Part shown: positions 1-7,151 of the stretch, one piece after another
Position numbering within the stretch: position 1 is the first letter of the stretch
Layout of the letters: every line of letters begins with the position of its first letter
DNA from: a virus
IMG/VR virus record: IMGVR_UViG_3300048914_000085
Length of the DNA: 42,110 nt
Strand: one strand, 5' to 3'
Made by a program: the position numbers and the translations under genes
Notes under the pieces: model-generated
What the model was told of the DNA's origin: nothing
The model's database searches: none
What the model saw: only the letters and a program-made list of their open reading frames with translations

Positions 1-127
1 CGATCGGCTTCCGCCACGACCGCGCCGAGCTGGTGAAGCAGCGGGCGGATGGCCTCGGCTAGCGCCAGCGTCTCCACATGATCGCGCTTTCCGTCCGCGA
101 GGGCTTCGGTCCACTGGCCGGCGAGGT
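1..127. repeat. Terminal direct repeat, identical to 41984..42110 (overlap of a circular assembly)
   Basis: cgatcggcttccgccacgaccgcgccgagctggtgaag...ccggcgaggt occurs at both ends. I compared the two copies base by base. Confidence 0.95.
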
Positions 128-443
128 GCGAGATGCGGGCAACGGTGGCGAAGTCGTCCAGCCCCTTGGCCGAAGTCGGACGCAGTTCGCGGCTGTAGAG
201 TTTGGCGATGTCGTCCAGCGCGGTGGGGTCCAGCGCCAGCAGGTTCCACAGCCGGTGCGGGGCAGGGAATGAACCGTTGGCGAGATTGCCAAGCTGGCGC
301 GGGGACACGCCGAGGGCCAGCGCCACCTTGTCACGGCCATGCACGGCGATCATGCGCGAGACGCCAAGCATCATCTGCGCGTGGAACTTGTCTTCGCCCA
401 CCGGGGCGCAATCAGGAACGACAGTGTTGCTGCGGTCAGGCAT
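1..443 (-). CDS. HTH DNA-binding protein (154 aa in total). The N-terminal 147 codons lie here and the CDS continues across the circular junction to 41962.
   Basis: Hand translation: ATG at 441-443 with AGG 8 nt upstream, and no stop down to nt 1. The frame continues via the duplicated junction to TGA 41962-41964. HTH-like segment RDKVALALGVSPRQLGNLANG. It is absent from the ORF track because it runs off the edge. Confidence 0.7.
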   Translation of the reverse strand, partial: MPDRSNTVVPDCAPVGEDKFHAQMMLGVSRMIAVHGRDKVALALGVSPRQLGNLANGSFPAPHRLWNLLALDPTALDDIAKLYSRELRPTSAKGLDDFATVARISHLAGQWTEALADGKRDHVETLALAEAIRPLLHQLGAVVAEAD

Positions 444-567
444 TGTTGGCCTCATGGGCAGTTACGAAAACAGGGGAGCGCCAGCGGGCGCGAAGCCACC
501 ACGCGGTGATCACAAAGGCGCGGATGTGAAGGGCGGCCAGTTCGTCTTTGCGGAGGAGGGGAAGCAT
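436..567 (-). CDS. Small hypothetical protein (43 aa)
   Basis: The ATG (565-567) abuts the TAG of the upstream gene, and the stop overlaps the ATG at 443 by 8 nt. GC-rich third positions. Product MLPLLRKDELAALHIRAFVITAWWLRARW... Below the track cutoff. Confidence 0.4.
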   Translation of the reverse strand: MLPLLRKDELAALHIRAFVITAWWLRARWRSPVFVTAHEANNA

Positions 568-900
568 CTAGGCCAACCTGTCCGCTACGAGCTTCGTGTA
601 GCCGATGATGTCGTGCCAGCTGTCGTGGTAGAATGGATCGCCATTCAGGATGCGCCCGACCTTGTGGGCGACCATCTCAAGGGCTTCCTTCATCTCAGCA
701 GTGAGTTTGTCCCAGTTCGGGCTGTCGGCCATCGCTGCCGTGATGTTCTGCGTGATGTACGCGTGCTGGGCGAAATCACCGTAACGAGTGCCGCGCTCGG
801 CCAGTGTGGCGTCGATGTCGGGCACAGGGGTCTCCTCCGCCTTGCACGCGCCGCAGAACAGATCGGCCGGAATGCCGTGGTGGCAGTCGAGGCTCGCCAT
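568..900 (-). CDS. DUF6378/MazG-like helical phage protein (110 aa)
   Basis: ORF 568..960 trimmed to Met21. Its ATG (898-900) overlaps the upstream TGA. Motifs ERGTRYGDF ... KVGRIL ... DSWHDIIGYTKL recall the DUF6378 / dNTP-pyrophosphohydrolase-like family. Confidence 0.55.
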   Translation of the reverse strand: MASLDCHHGIPADLFCGACKAEETPVPDIDATLAERGTRYGDFAQHAYITQNITAAMADSPNWDKLTAEMKEALEMVAHKVGRILNGDPFYHDSWHDIIGYTKLVADRLA

Positions 901-1148
901 CACAGCTTCCCCCACTCGCGCGCGGCAAACCGGATCACCGGGCCGATCAGGCCTTCCCATGCATCCCGAAGCCGAAGGGCAACGCTTCGGCGCGGTTTGC
1001 CGCGACCGCAGGCACTCGCCCGGAACGAAACCCAGCCGTCCGCGTCAACCTTATGGCAAGTTGTGCAGTGCCAGGTGAGCAGGGAGCAAGAGGCACCTAC
1101 CACACCGGTGAGAATCACACCTGACCAGTCCAAGACTTGCCCCCTCAA
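900..1148 (-). CDS. Hypothetical protein with an N-terminal hydrophobic segment and a Cys-rich region (82 aa, TTG start in the track)
   Basis: The stop is coupled (TGATG) to the next gene. Product has WSGVILTGVVGASCSLLTW then HCTTCHKV...ACGRGKP. The start codon is uncertain: TTG with no clear SD. Confidence 0.4.
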   Translation of the reverse strand: MRGQVLDWSGVILTGVVGASCSLLTWHCTTCHKVDADGWVSFRASACGRGKPRRSVALRLRDAWEGLIGPVIRFAAREWGKL

Positions 1149-1196
1149 GTTAGTGTTGTGCGCCCCGATCCCGCAGGGCGCGGATATACAGTTCAG

Positions 1197-1424
1197 CTAT
1201 GCGGCCCGTTGTGGGGTGGAGGTGTCTGCGTCAGGGCGCTTGCGAGAAGCGCTTGATGCCAGTTCCTCCAGCGTTGACAGGTCAGCCTGCGCAATCTCCA
1301 GCCACAGGTCGGCGGGAATGCTGTCGCGCTGGTCCCACGAACGGACGGTGGTAATGGGCCGTCCAGTCAGCGAGGCGATCCGATCGTGACCAGCGTCGCG
1401 CAAAATGTCTCGGTGGGTTCTCAT
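1197..1424 (-). CDS. Cro-like small HTH regulator (75 aa from Met6 of the track ORF)
   Basis: RIASLTGRPITTVRSWDQRDSIPADLW resembles Cro/YdaS-type HTH proteins. The gene is divergent from the CI-like gene. ATG 1422-1424 lies exactly 7 nt downstream of a -10-like CATAAC. The alternative ATG at 1439 lies inside the promoter spacer. Confidence 0.6.
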   Translation of the reverse strand: MRTHRDILRDAGHDRIASLTGRPITTVRSWDQRDSIPADLWLEIAQADLSTLEELASSASRKRPDADTSTPQRAA

Positions 1425-1430
1425 GCTCAC

Positions 1431-1459
1431 GTTATGCATTTTGCGTCACGGGAATGCAA
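1431..1459 (-). promoter_or_regulatory. Leftward early promoter with operator (TTGCAT - 17 nt - CATAAC on the minus strand)
   Basis: Reverse complement of 1454-1459 is TTGCAT. The spacer is 17 nt. Reverse complement of 1431-1436 is CATAAC. The 19-mer gtgacgcaaaatgcataac (reverse complement of 1431-1449) recurs exactly at 2967-2985. Confidence 0.5.
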
Positions 1460-1496
1460 GCGCCTTTTGCATAATGCGGTTAGCTATGCTGGAGGC

Positions 1497-1826
1497 ATGG
1501 ACAAAGCCTCGGAACGACTTCGCATCGCCCGACTGCGGGCCGGATTTGAGACCGCCAAGGACGCCGCCGAAGCGATGGGCGTTCCTGTTTCCACATATTT
1601 AGGCCATGAGAACGGAAACCGGGGGTACCCCGCAAAGAAGGCCGAGCTTTACGCGCGCAAGTTCAAGGTGCGCGAGCAATGGCTGCTCTACGGTGTCGGG
1701 GAGGGCCCAGGCGACAACGGCGACCAGAAAGCCGAGATCATCAACATCATCGATCACTTGCCGCCCCTCAAGAGGGCAGAGGCGCTCGGGTATTTGCGTG
1801 GCCTCTCACGGGGCACCAACGCGTGA
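1497..1826 (+). CDS. XRE-family CI-like repressor, HTH only with no S24 peptidase domain (109 aa)
   Basis: MDKASERLRIARLRAGFETAKDAAEAMGVPVSTYLGHENGNRGYP is a classic HTH_XRE. The gene is divergent from the Cro-like gene. Track ORF 1386..1826 trimmed to Met38. Confidence 0.8.
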   Translation: MDKASERLRIARLRAGFETAKDAAEAMGVPVSTYLGHENGNRGYPAKKAELYARKFKVREQWLLYGVGEGPGDNGDQKAEIINIIDHLPPLKRAEALGYLRGLSRGTNA

Positions 1827-1845
1827 TCTGGATAGGGAGGCGGAT

Positions 1846-2118
1846 GTGACGCCGTACGAATGGGGCAAAATAGTGGGCACATCCTTGGGGATGGGCTTCC
1901 TCTTGATCCCGACGCACTGGATTGCCGTCAAGACGATCAAAGATCGGCCCGCCGCTCTCGCGGTGGCATGGGGGATAATCTGGATCTCGTTCGCATGGGT
2001 GCTGGGGCAGCCCGACCCACTTGCCCTGTCGCTCGCCCGTTCGATCCCTGCGGCGCTGATCGGTGGGCTGGTGATGTTCGGAGTTGCCCGTCGCATTCGC
2101 AAGAACCCCACCCCCTGA
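1846..2118 (+). CDS. Small integral membrane protein, about 3 TM segments (90 aa, GTG start)
   Basis: GTG 1846 sits 5 nt after GGGAGG (1835-1840) and just after the repressor stop. Hydrophobic stretches IVGTSLGMGFLLIPTHWIAV, AALAVAWGIIWISFAWVLG and SIPAALIGGLVMFGVA. Confidence 0.6.
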   Translation: MTPYEWGKIVGTSLGMGFLLIPTHWIAVKTIKDRPAALAVAWGIIWISFAWVLGQPDPLALSLARSIPAALIGGLVMFGVARRIRKNPTP

Positions 2119-2142
2119 CCAGCTGGGTGCGAGGGAGAGATT

Positions 2143-2358
2143 ATGAGTTTAGAGCATATGAATCTGCCGGCCACCAAGGGTGACATTGCGTTTGTCGCGG
2201 CCCATGCCTCGCTGGCGGTGCGTATCCTCTCCTCGGCCATCTTGGCTGCTTCTAGCGGAGACCGGGCCGAGTGCGCGGAGCAACTCAGAGAGGCAGGGAA
2301 GCAGGCGGACGAATTGTACGCCACGTTCAAGAGCTTGATCGGCGATGCCAATGACTAA
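2143..2358 (+). CDS. Hypothetical small helical protein (71 aa)
   Basis: ATG preceded by GGGAGAG. It overlaps the next gene. Confidence 0.6.
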   Translation: MSLEHMNLPATKGDIAFVAAHASLAVRILSSAILAASSGDRAECAEQLREAGKQADELYATFKSLIGDAND

Positions 2359-2815
2359 CGGCGCGATCGATGTCGGGTTACTGCAAGCTCAGTACGAACG
2401 TGTCCGGGCCGAGAACGAGCGCTTGAAATCCGGCAGGGGAGGTGGCACCTCTGGTGGTATGGATACGGTTGACGCCAAAATCGCTGCGGCTGAGGCGAGG
2501 ACGGACACCAAGTTCGCCGAGCTGCAAGGCAGCATCAAGCTGGAATTCGCAGAGCTTCGCGGCAATCTTACCCACTTGCAGAGCGCGGTCGACGGGAAGC
2601 CTGGTTTATGGGCCTTGGTCGCGACGGTAGCTACGGGAGCTGCCGGAATTATCGGAATTATACTGGCGGTGCTGGCGTTTGGCGGCGATCGCTTCGATGC
2701 GGGCCTAGGCCTTTCTGGGCAGCAGCAGGCGCAGGAACAGCACGATGCCAAGCAGGACGAGGCACTGCAGGGCATCGGCGCCAAACTCGATAGGCTGATA
2801 GAACGCACCCACTGA
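2345..2815 (+). CDS. Coiled-coil protein with a single TM segment (156 aa)
   Basis: Heptad-like AKIAAAEARTDTKFAELQGSIKLEFAELRGNLTHLQ, then LWALVATVATGAAGIIGIILAVLAF. ATG 2345 (or 2351) overlaps the upstream stop. Confidence 0.65.
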   Translation: MPMTNGAIDVGLLQAQYERVRAENERLKSGRGGGTSGGMDTVDAKIAAAEARTDTKFAELQGSIKLEFAELRGNLTHLQSAVDGKPGLWALVATVATGAAGIIGIILAVLAFGGDRFDAGLGLSGQQQAQEQHDAKQDEALQGIGAKLDRLIERTH

Positions 2816-2843
2816 GTCGGTCCGTCTCCCCGGACCACTGGAG

Positions 2844-2875
2844 CCGCCTCGGGCAACCGGGGCGGTTTTCGTTTT
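2844..2875 (+). terminator. Rho-independent terminator closing the repressor operon
   Basis: ccgcctcgg / gcaa / ccggggcgg forms a 9-bp stem with one G-U pair and a GCAA loop, followed by ttttcgtttt. Confidence 0.8.
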
Positions 2876-2945
2876 CCTACACGCTAGGCGATGGCGCAGA
2901 TTGCACAGGTGATTCGCGACCATGATGCTTTTTCGCGAAAATAAT

Positions 2946-2985
2946 GCAAAATGCATTTGACATACTGTGACGCAAAATGCATAAC
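2946..2985 (+). promoter_or_regulatory. Rightward early promoter (TTGACA 2957-2962, 17 nt, CATAAC 2980-2985) with two copies of the operator core GCAAAATGCAT (2946-2956, 2972-2982)
   Basis: Consensus -35, 17-nt spacer, and the same -10 plus 19-mer as the leftward promoter. The two operator cores are 26 bp apart. Confidence 0.55.
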
Positions 2986-3031
2986 CCTCCTATCAGCCGG
3001 GACAAACCAACCCCGGCGCTAGGAGGTCCAG

Positions 3032-3199
3032 ATGACTTACCCCACCGGATCGATCGCCGCTCTGCTCGCAGAGAAGGGCATCACCCTCGGCACCAGCGAG
3101 AACGGCCATAAGGAGCTGTTCCGTGAAGGTGTGTCGCTTGGCTGGTTCAACGCCAACACGGCGGTCAACCGCTTCCTCCCCGAACACCGGGGGGCTTGA
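3032..3199 (+). CDS. Hypothetical protein, first gene of the rightward operon (55 aa)
   Basis: ATG 3032 sits 5 nt after AGGAGG (3021-3026). Product MTYPTGSIAALLAEKGITLGTSENGHKELFREGVSLGWFNANTAVNRFLPEHRGA. Found by hand, below the track cutoff. Confidence 0.55.
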   Translation: MTYPTGSIAALLAEKGITLGTSENGHKELFREGVSLGWFNANTAVNRFLPEHRGA

Positions 3200-3202
3200 G
3201 CC

Positions 3203-3496
3203 ATGGCCCTAGACATCCTCACCCCAGACCAGCTCGCCAAGGTCCGCGATGCCGCGCTGCGCAAGGCTGACTGGTATGAAGCCCGCCCCGTAAGCACCAC
3301 TGGACAGGTCGGCTTCTTTCAAAAGCAGACCCGTGACAAGCTGGTGCGCGGCCTGCGCCACACCGCTGCCGACTGCCAAGCGGCAATCGACGGCTGCGAG
3401 ACTTCGATGGACTCGGTTCTGGTTGAACTGGACGAGGACGGCGATCTGGCCCGCGCAGCCTACTCGTATGTTCCGGCGATGGGAGCGGCAGCATGA
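3203..3496 (+). CDS. Hypothetical protein (97 aa)
   Basis: Track ORF with balanced composition. ATGA-coupled to the next gene. Confidence 0.6.
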   Translation: MALDILTPDQLAKVRDAALRKADWYEARPVSTTGQVGFFQKQTRDKLVRGLRHTAADCQAAIDGCETSMDSVLVELDEDGDLARAAYSYVPAMGAAA

Positions 3497-3828
3497 GCGC
3501 GCTCGACACCATTACGCTCTCGTCGTCCTACATGACGGACTACACCCGGCAGAAGGCCGCATTTCAGACCGCCGTGTTCTGCGCAGCCAGCCTGCTCAAG
3601 AACGGCAGCCCGATCCAAGCACTCGGCGTTCTGCGCGACTGCATGGAAAAGCACGACGAGGACGCTGCCCGCGTTCTCTGGCCCACCCCTCCCGCGCTGT
3701 CTGTAGCCGAGATGGCGGAACTGATCGCCGGGGATGAAGCCGCCGAGCGCCGGGAAGCCGCGATGGAACTCGACGCTGCCGAGACCCCCTCGGAACTTCC
3801 TGCTCGGACAGGAGGGCTGGGAGCATGA
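3493..3828 (+). CDS. Hypothetical protein (111 aa)
   Basis: ATGA overlaps at both ends. Confidence 0.6.
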   Translation: MSALDTITLSSSYMTDYTRQKAAFQTAVFCAASLLKNGSPIQALGVLRDCMEKHDEDAARVLWPTPPALSVAEMAELIAGDEAAERREAAMELDAAETPSELPARTGGLGA

Positions 3829-4124
3829 GCGTGCAGCACACGCCGGGACCGTGGGCGGTGAACCCGTGGAATGCGCAAGTCGATAGCGGACAGGTCTGCC
3901 CTTCCGGCGAGGAGCTAATCCCGGTTTGTCAGATGCTTTGGCCGACCGATCTCCGCAGCGAGGGCGAGACGCAAGCAAATGCACAGCTTGTTTCAGCGGC
4001 ACCCCGACTCCTGATCGCGCTTGAAGAGGTGCTGCATTGGGACGCCCGGCGCGGCCACCTCATTCCTTATTCAGTTCGCGATCCGGCCCGTTCTGCCATC
4101 GCTAAAGCCCGAGGTGAAGCGTGA
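3825..4124 (+). CDS. Ead/Ea22-like family protein (99 aa)
   Basis: N-terminal HTPGPWAV motif and NAQLVSAAPRLL are typical of Ead/Ea22-like prophage proteins (recognised from memory). Confidence 0.5.
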   Translation: MSVQHTPGPWAVNPWNAQVDSGQVCPSGEELIPVCQMLWPTDLRSEGETQANAQLVSAAPRLLIALEEVLHWDARRGHLIPYSVRDPARSAIAKARGEA

Positions 4125-4297
4125 TTGCCACTGTCACCAGTTGGTGGGCCACACATAGCCCCTTCGCTCTGGAGCGTGACCTTGTGCAGGGCCCCATTCA
4201 CCCCCGCCCTGTCGCTGCTGGCATCATCGCCGGATCACTGCTGATCGTGCTGGTGCCGTTCCTGGTGGCTGCTGCGCGTTTGATGGGAGGTCGGTGA
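4121..4297 (+). CDS. Small membrane protein (58 aa, GTG start)
   Basis: GTGA overlap with the upstream stop. TM segment AAGIIAGSLLIVLVPFLVAAA. Found by hand. Confidence 0.45.
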   Translation: MIATVTSWWATHSPFALERDLVQGPIHPRPVAAGIIAGSLLIVLVPFLVAAARLMGGR

Positions 4298-4629
4298 TGG
4301 CTGAATTCTACATTGAAACCAATAGTTTTGCTGCACCGTTCATTAGCGACAGTGGGCATTGCTATGTCGAGGCCCCGACCGCTGGCGATGCGCTGCGCAA
4401 ATGCGCGCGTGAGTATAGCCACCCGTGCGGCCTGTATGCCGCCGCAGCGTACTCCAGTGCGGATGCCCGCAACAAGGGCGAAAAGCCGCTAGCCCGTTGG
4501 CTCTGCAATCAGGCGCGACGCCTTGAGGGCGTAACCGGAATGGTCCGCATGGATGGTCCGGGCCGGGGCGAAATTAACGGTGAGACAGTCGAAATTGAGA
4601 ACCCGAAAGAGGGGCGCGTCGTCGCATGA
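4297..4629 (+). CDS. Hypothetical protein (110 aa)
   Basis: ATG 4297 sits 6 nt after GGGAGG. The track ORF starts one GTG codon earlier. Confidence 0.6.
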   Translation: MAEFYIETNSFAAPFISDSGHCYVEAPTAGDALRKCAREYSHPCGLYAAAAYSSADARNKGEKPLARWLCNQARRLEGVTGMVRMDGPGRGEINGETVEIENPKEGRVVA

Positions 4630-4781
4630 CCAGCGCCCGCTTCTACCACACCCACCGCCCCAGCCTTGTGAGTGCTCCTGTTGCTCCGATGGATGGAGAG
4701 ACGGAGCGCTTCTGGACCCTCCGCAAGCAGGGCGTCCCCACCACCAGCGAATACCTCCAGATGAAGGGACTTTCGAAGTGA
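4626..4781 (+). CDS. Small hypothetical protein (51 aa)
   Basis: ATGA overlap upstream and GTGA overlap with the erf start downstream. Found by hand. Confidence 0.4.
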   Translation: MTSARFYHTHRPSLVSAPVAPMDGETERFWTLRKQGVPTTSEYLQMKGLSK

Positions 4782-5482
4782 CAGCCCAGTCCAAAATTGA
4801 GCCCGCGCCGCCGCAGTCGGTCTATGCCAAGATTGCCGCCGTGCAGGGCGCGCTTGCCAGCACCGGCATCGGCAAGGACCGCACCAATTCAACGCCCGGC
4901 GCGAACTACCGTTTCCGGGGCATCGATGACGTTTACAACGCCTTGGCCCCGCTGCTCGCCACGCATGGCCTGTGCATCCTGCCCCGCGTCGTGGCGCATA
5001 CCCTGACCGAGCGTGGCAAGACCAAGAACGGCAACGCGATCTTTTCCGCCGTGGTCGATGCTGAGTTCGATTTCGTCTCGGCGGATGACGGTTCGTGCCA
5101 TGTGATCCGCACGGTGGGCGAGGCGATGGACAGCAGCGACAAGGCCACCAACAAGGCGATGAGCGCGGCTTACAAATACGCAGCGTTCATGGCGTTTGCT
5201 ATCCCGACTGAGGGCGATAACGACGCCGACGCCAATACGCACGAAGTCGCCGTTGCGCCGGATGCCATGCCGGATAGCGAATGGGCGAAACTGGTCCAGC
5301 TTGTCGAGGCCACCAGCGCGAACGTCCCGGCAATGCTCAAGTACCTCAACGTGCGGGTGCCGGGTGACAACCTGCGCCTACTCAATCCCGATCAGTACAC
5401 GAAGGTGCTGGACGCCCTCAATGACAAGCTGGCGAAGATGGCGAAGGCCGAAACCGACGCCAAGGCGAAGGAGCCCGCATAA
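4778..5482 (+). CDS. erf: ERF-family single-strand annealing protein (234 aa, GTG start)
   Basis: YRFRGIDDVYNALAPLLATHG ... DSSDKATNKAMSAAYKYA are ERF superfamily motifs. Track ORF 4553..5482 trimmed to the in-frame GTG 4778. Confidence 0.75.
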   Translation: MTAQSKIEPAPPQSVYAKIAAVQGALASTGIGKDRTNSTPGANYRFRGIDDVYNALAPLLATHGLCILPRVVAHTLTERGKTKNGNAIFSAVVDAEFDFVSADDGSCHVIRTVGEAMDSSDKATNKAMSAAYKYAAFMAFAIPTEGDNDADANTHEVAVAPDAMPDSEWAKLVQLVEATSANVPAMLKYLNVRVPGDNLRLLNPDQYTKVLDALNDKLAKMAKAETDAKAKEPA

Positions 5483-6108
5483 TGGACCAGCGCAGCCCCG
5501 AATGGTTCGCAGAGCGGGCCGGGAAAGTCACCGCCTCTTGCGTGTACAAGGTCATGGCCCGCACCAAGACCGGATACGGCGCAGACCGCGCCAACTATCA
5601 CGCCCAGCTTGTCACCGAGCGCCTGACCGGACTTCCGGCGGACAGTTTCAGCAACGCCGCGATGCAGTGGGGCACTGACACCGAGCCCCAGGCGCGCGCT
5701 GCCTACGAATTTCACACCGGGCGCGATGTGGTCGAGATGGGTTTTGCCCCGCACCCGGAGATAACGATGGCCGGGGCTTCGCCTGACGGGCTGGTCGGAT
5801 CGGCCGGGCTGATCGAGATCAAGTGCCCGAACAGCGCGACCCACATCACTACCCTGCGCGGAGCTGAGATCGACCGCAAGTATCTCCTGCAAATGCAGTT
5901 CCAGATGGCCTGCACAGCGCGAGACTGGTGCGATTTCGTGTCGTTCGATCCGCGCCTGCCGCGCGAGATGCAGTTGCATATCCGCAGGGTTGAGCGGGAC
6001 GACGCGCTACTCAGCGAAATTCATGGCGAGGTGGCCAAATTCCTCGCCGAAGTTGATGAAGCCGTGGCGGACCTTCGCACGCGGTACATGACCAAGGAAG
6101 CCGCATAA
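5482..6108 (+). CDS. YqaJ-type (lambda-exonuclease-like, PD-(D/E)XK) recombination exonuclease
   Basis: RSPEWFAERAGKVTAS, SPDG and EIKCP motifs. The gene lies directly after erf. Confidence 0.75.
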   Translation: MDQRSPEWFAERAGKVTASCVYKVMARTKTGYGADRANYHAQLVTERLTGLPADSFSNAAMQWGTDTEPQARAAYEFHTGRDVVEMGFAPHPEITMAGASPDGLVGSAGLIEIKCPNSATHITTLRGAEIDRKYLLQMQFQMACTARDWCDFVSFDPRLPREMQLHIRRVERDDALLSEIHGEVAKFLAEVDEAVADLRTRYMTKEAA

Positions 6109-6377
6109 TGTCTGACCGTCTCGACGCCCTGCTCGTCCGCGAGAGCAATGGGAAAAGCTATTTCACCAAGATCGGCGTGGCCTTCGCCAACAAGGACGGC
6201 AAGGGCTGGTCGGTGCTCCTGGAAGCCATGCCTGCCCCGGTGGAAGGGCAATACAAGATCATGCTCCGCGAGCCGCTGCCCAAGGACGACCGCGAACGCT
6301 CTGCCCGTGGCGATCGCCAGCAGGCCCAGCAGCGCGCCAACTCCTACGCGGACGATGACACCGGAATTCCGTTTTAG
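6108..6377 (+). CDS. Short protein with an SSB-like acidic C-terminal tip (89 aa)
   Basis: It ends ...SYADDDTGIPF (compare the bacterial SSB tip DDDIPF). It occupies the slot after erf and exo where phages usually encode ssb, but it is too short for a standard OB-fold SSB. Confidence 0.5.
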   Translation: MSDRLDALLVRESNGKSYFTKIGVAFANKDGKGWSVLLEAMPAPVEGQYKIMLREPLPKDDRERSARGDRQQAQQRANSYADDDTGIPF

Positions 6378-6454
6378 CCGACGCAATGGCCAGCAATCCC
6401 GCTGCTCTATCCCCGTGCCCGGCGGGTTATCCGGGCCCCTATTCTGAGGACCGC

Positions 6455-6808
6455 ATGAAGATCGATACGCGCCCACGTAAGCAAAACTCGCCCCGGCCAG
6501 CATGGCGGGTGGCCGAGGGCTTCAAGCAATGGCTCCGGGGGCGTTCCTGCGCTGCTGATGGCTACGGCTTGTGCGAAGGCCGGATGGAAGCCGCGCACGT
6601 GGACCATGCGGGCGGCAAGGGCATCGGGGTGAAGGTAGCCGATCGGCACTGCATCCCGCTCTGCACCGGCCATCACTCGCGCCAGCACAAGCGGGGCTGG
6701 GCCACGTTCGAGGCGGAATGCCTTGGCGGGAAGTCGGCTATCGCAATGGCTAATGCCTATTGGAACGCATGGCCGGGCCGCGTCCGGTGGGAGGCCGAGC
6801 ATGGCTAA
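6455..6808 (+). CDS. DUF968-type HNH-like zinc-binding protein (117 aa)
   Basis: CAADGYGLCEG...EAAHVDHAGGKGIGVKVADRHCIPLCTGHHSRQHKRGWATFE matches the DUF968/HNH-like pattern. ATG 6455 follows GAGGA. Confidence 0.6.
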   Translation: MKIDTRPRKQNSPRPAWRVAEGFKQWLRGRSCAADGYGLCEGRMEAAHVDHAGGKGIGVKVADRHCIPLCTGHHSRQHKRGWATFEAECLGGKSAIAMANAYWNAWPGRVRWEAEHG

Positions 6809-7148
6809 CGAGATCATCACCGCCGAACAGGTCAACCGCGCGATCAACGAGGCGGAAGAACTATTTGTCTCTGCTGGCCAAGCCAAGGTCCGTGCCGAGC
6901 AAATGGACTATCGCCGCAAGTCGGTTCGGGCCGCCATGTTCGTCAAGCACAAGGCCAACGTCAAGAGCGCCGCCGAGGCTGCCGAACTGGCCGAATGTGA
7001 TCCGGTTTACGAGCTGGCCAAGGAAGACTGGTTCGCCGCCGCGATGGAAGCCGAAACCCTGCGCGCCCAGGCCGAAGCCAAGCGGATGAAATTCGAGGCG
7101 TGGCGCACCCAAGCAGCAACGGCCCGAGCGCAAATGAACTTGAGGTGA
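6801..7148 (+). CDS. Hypothetical coiled-coil protein (115 aa)
   Basis: Track ORF 6723..7148 trimmed to ATG 6801, which overlaps the upstream stop by 8 nt. Confidence 0.55.
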   Translation: MANEIITAEQVNRAINEAEELFVSAGQAKVRAEQMDYRRKSVRAAMFVKHKANVKSAAEAAELAECDPVYELAKEDWFAAAMEAETLRAQAEAKRMKFEAWRTQAATARAQMNLR

Positions 7149-7151
7149 TCT

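Noticed and set aside
1-127. Terminal repeats as transposon/IS ends or LTRs
   Set aside because: The repeats are direct and identical, and a single ORF reads through the join. This fits a circular-assembly overlap, not a mobile-element boundary.
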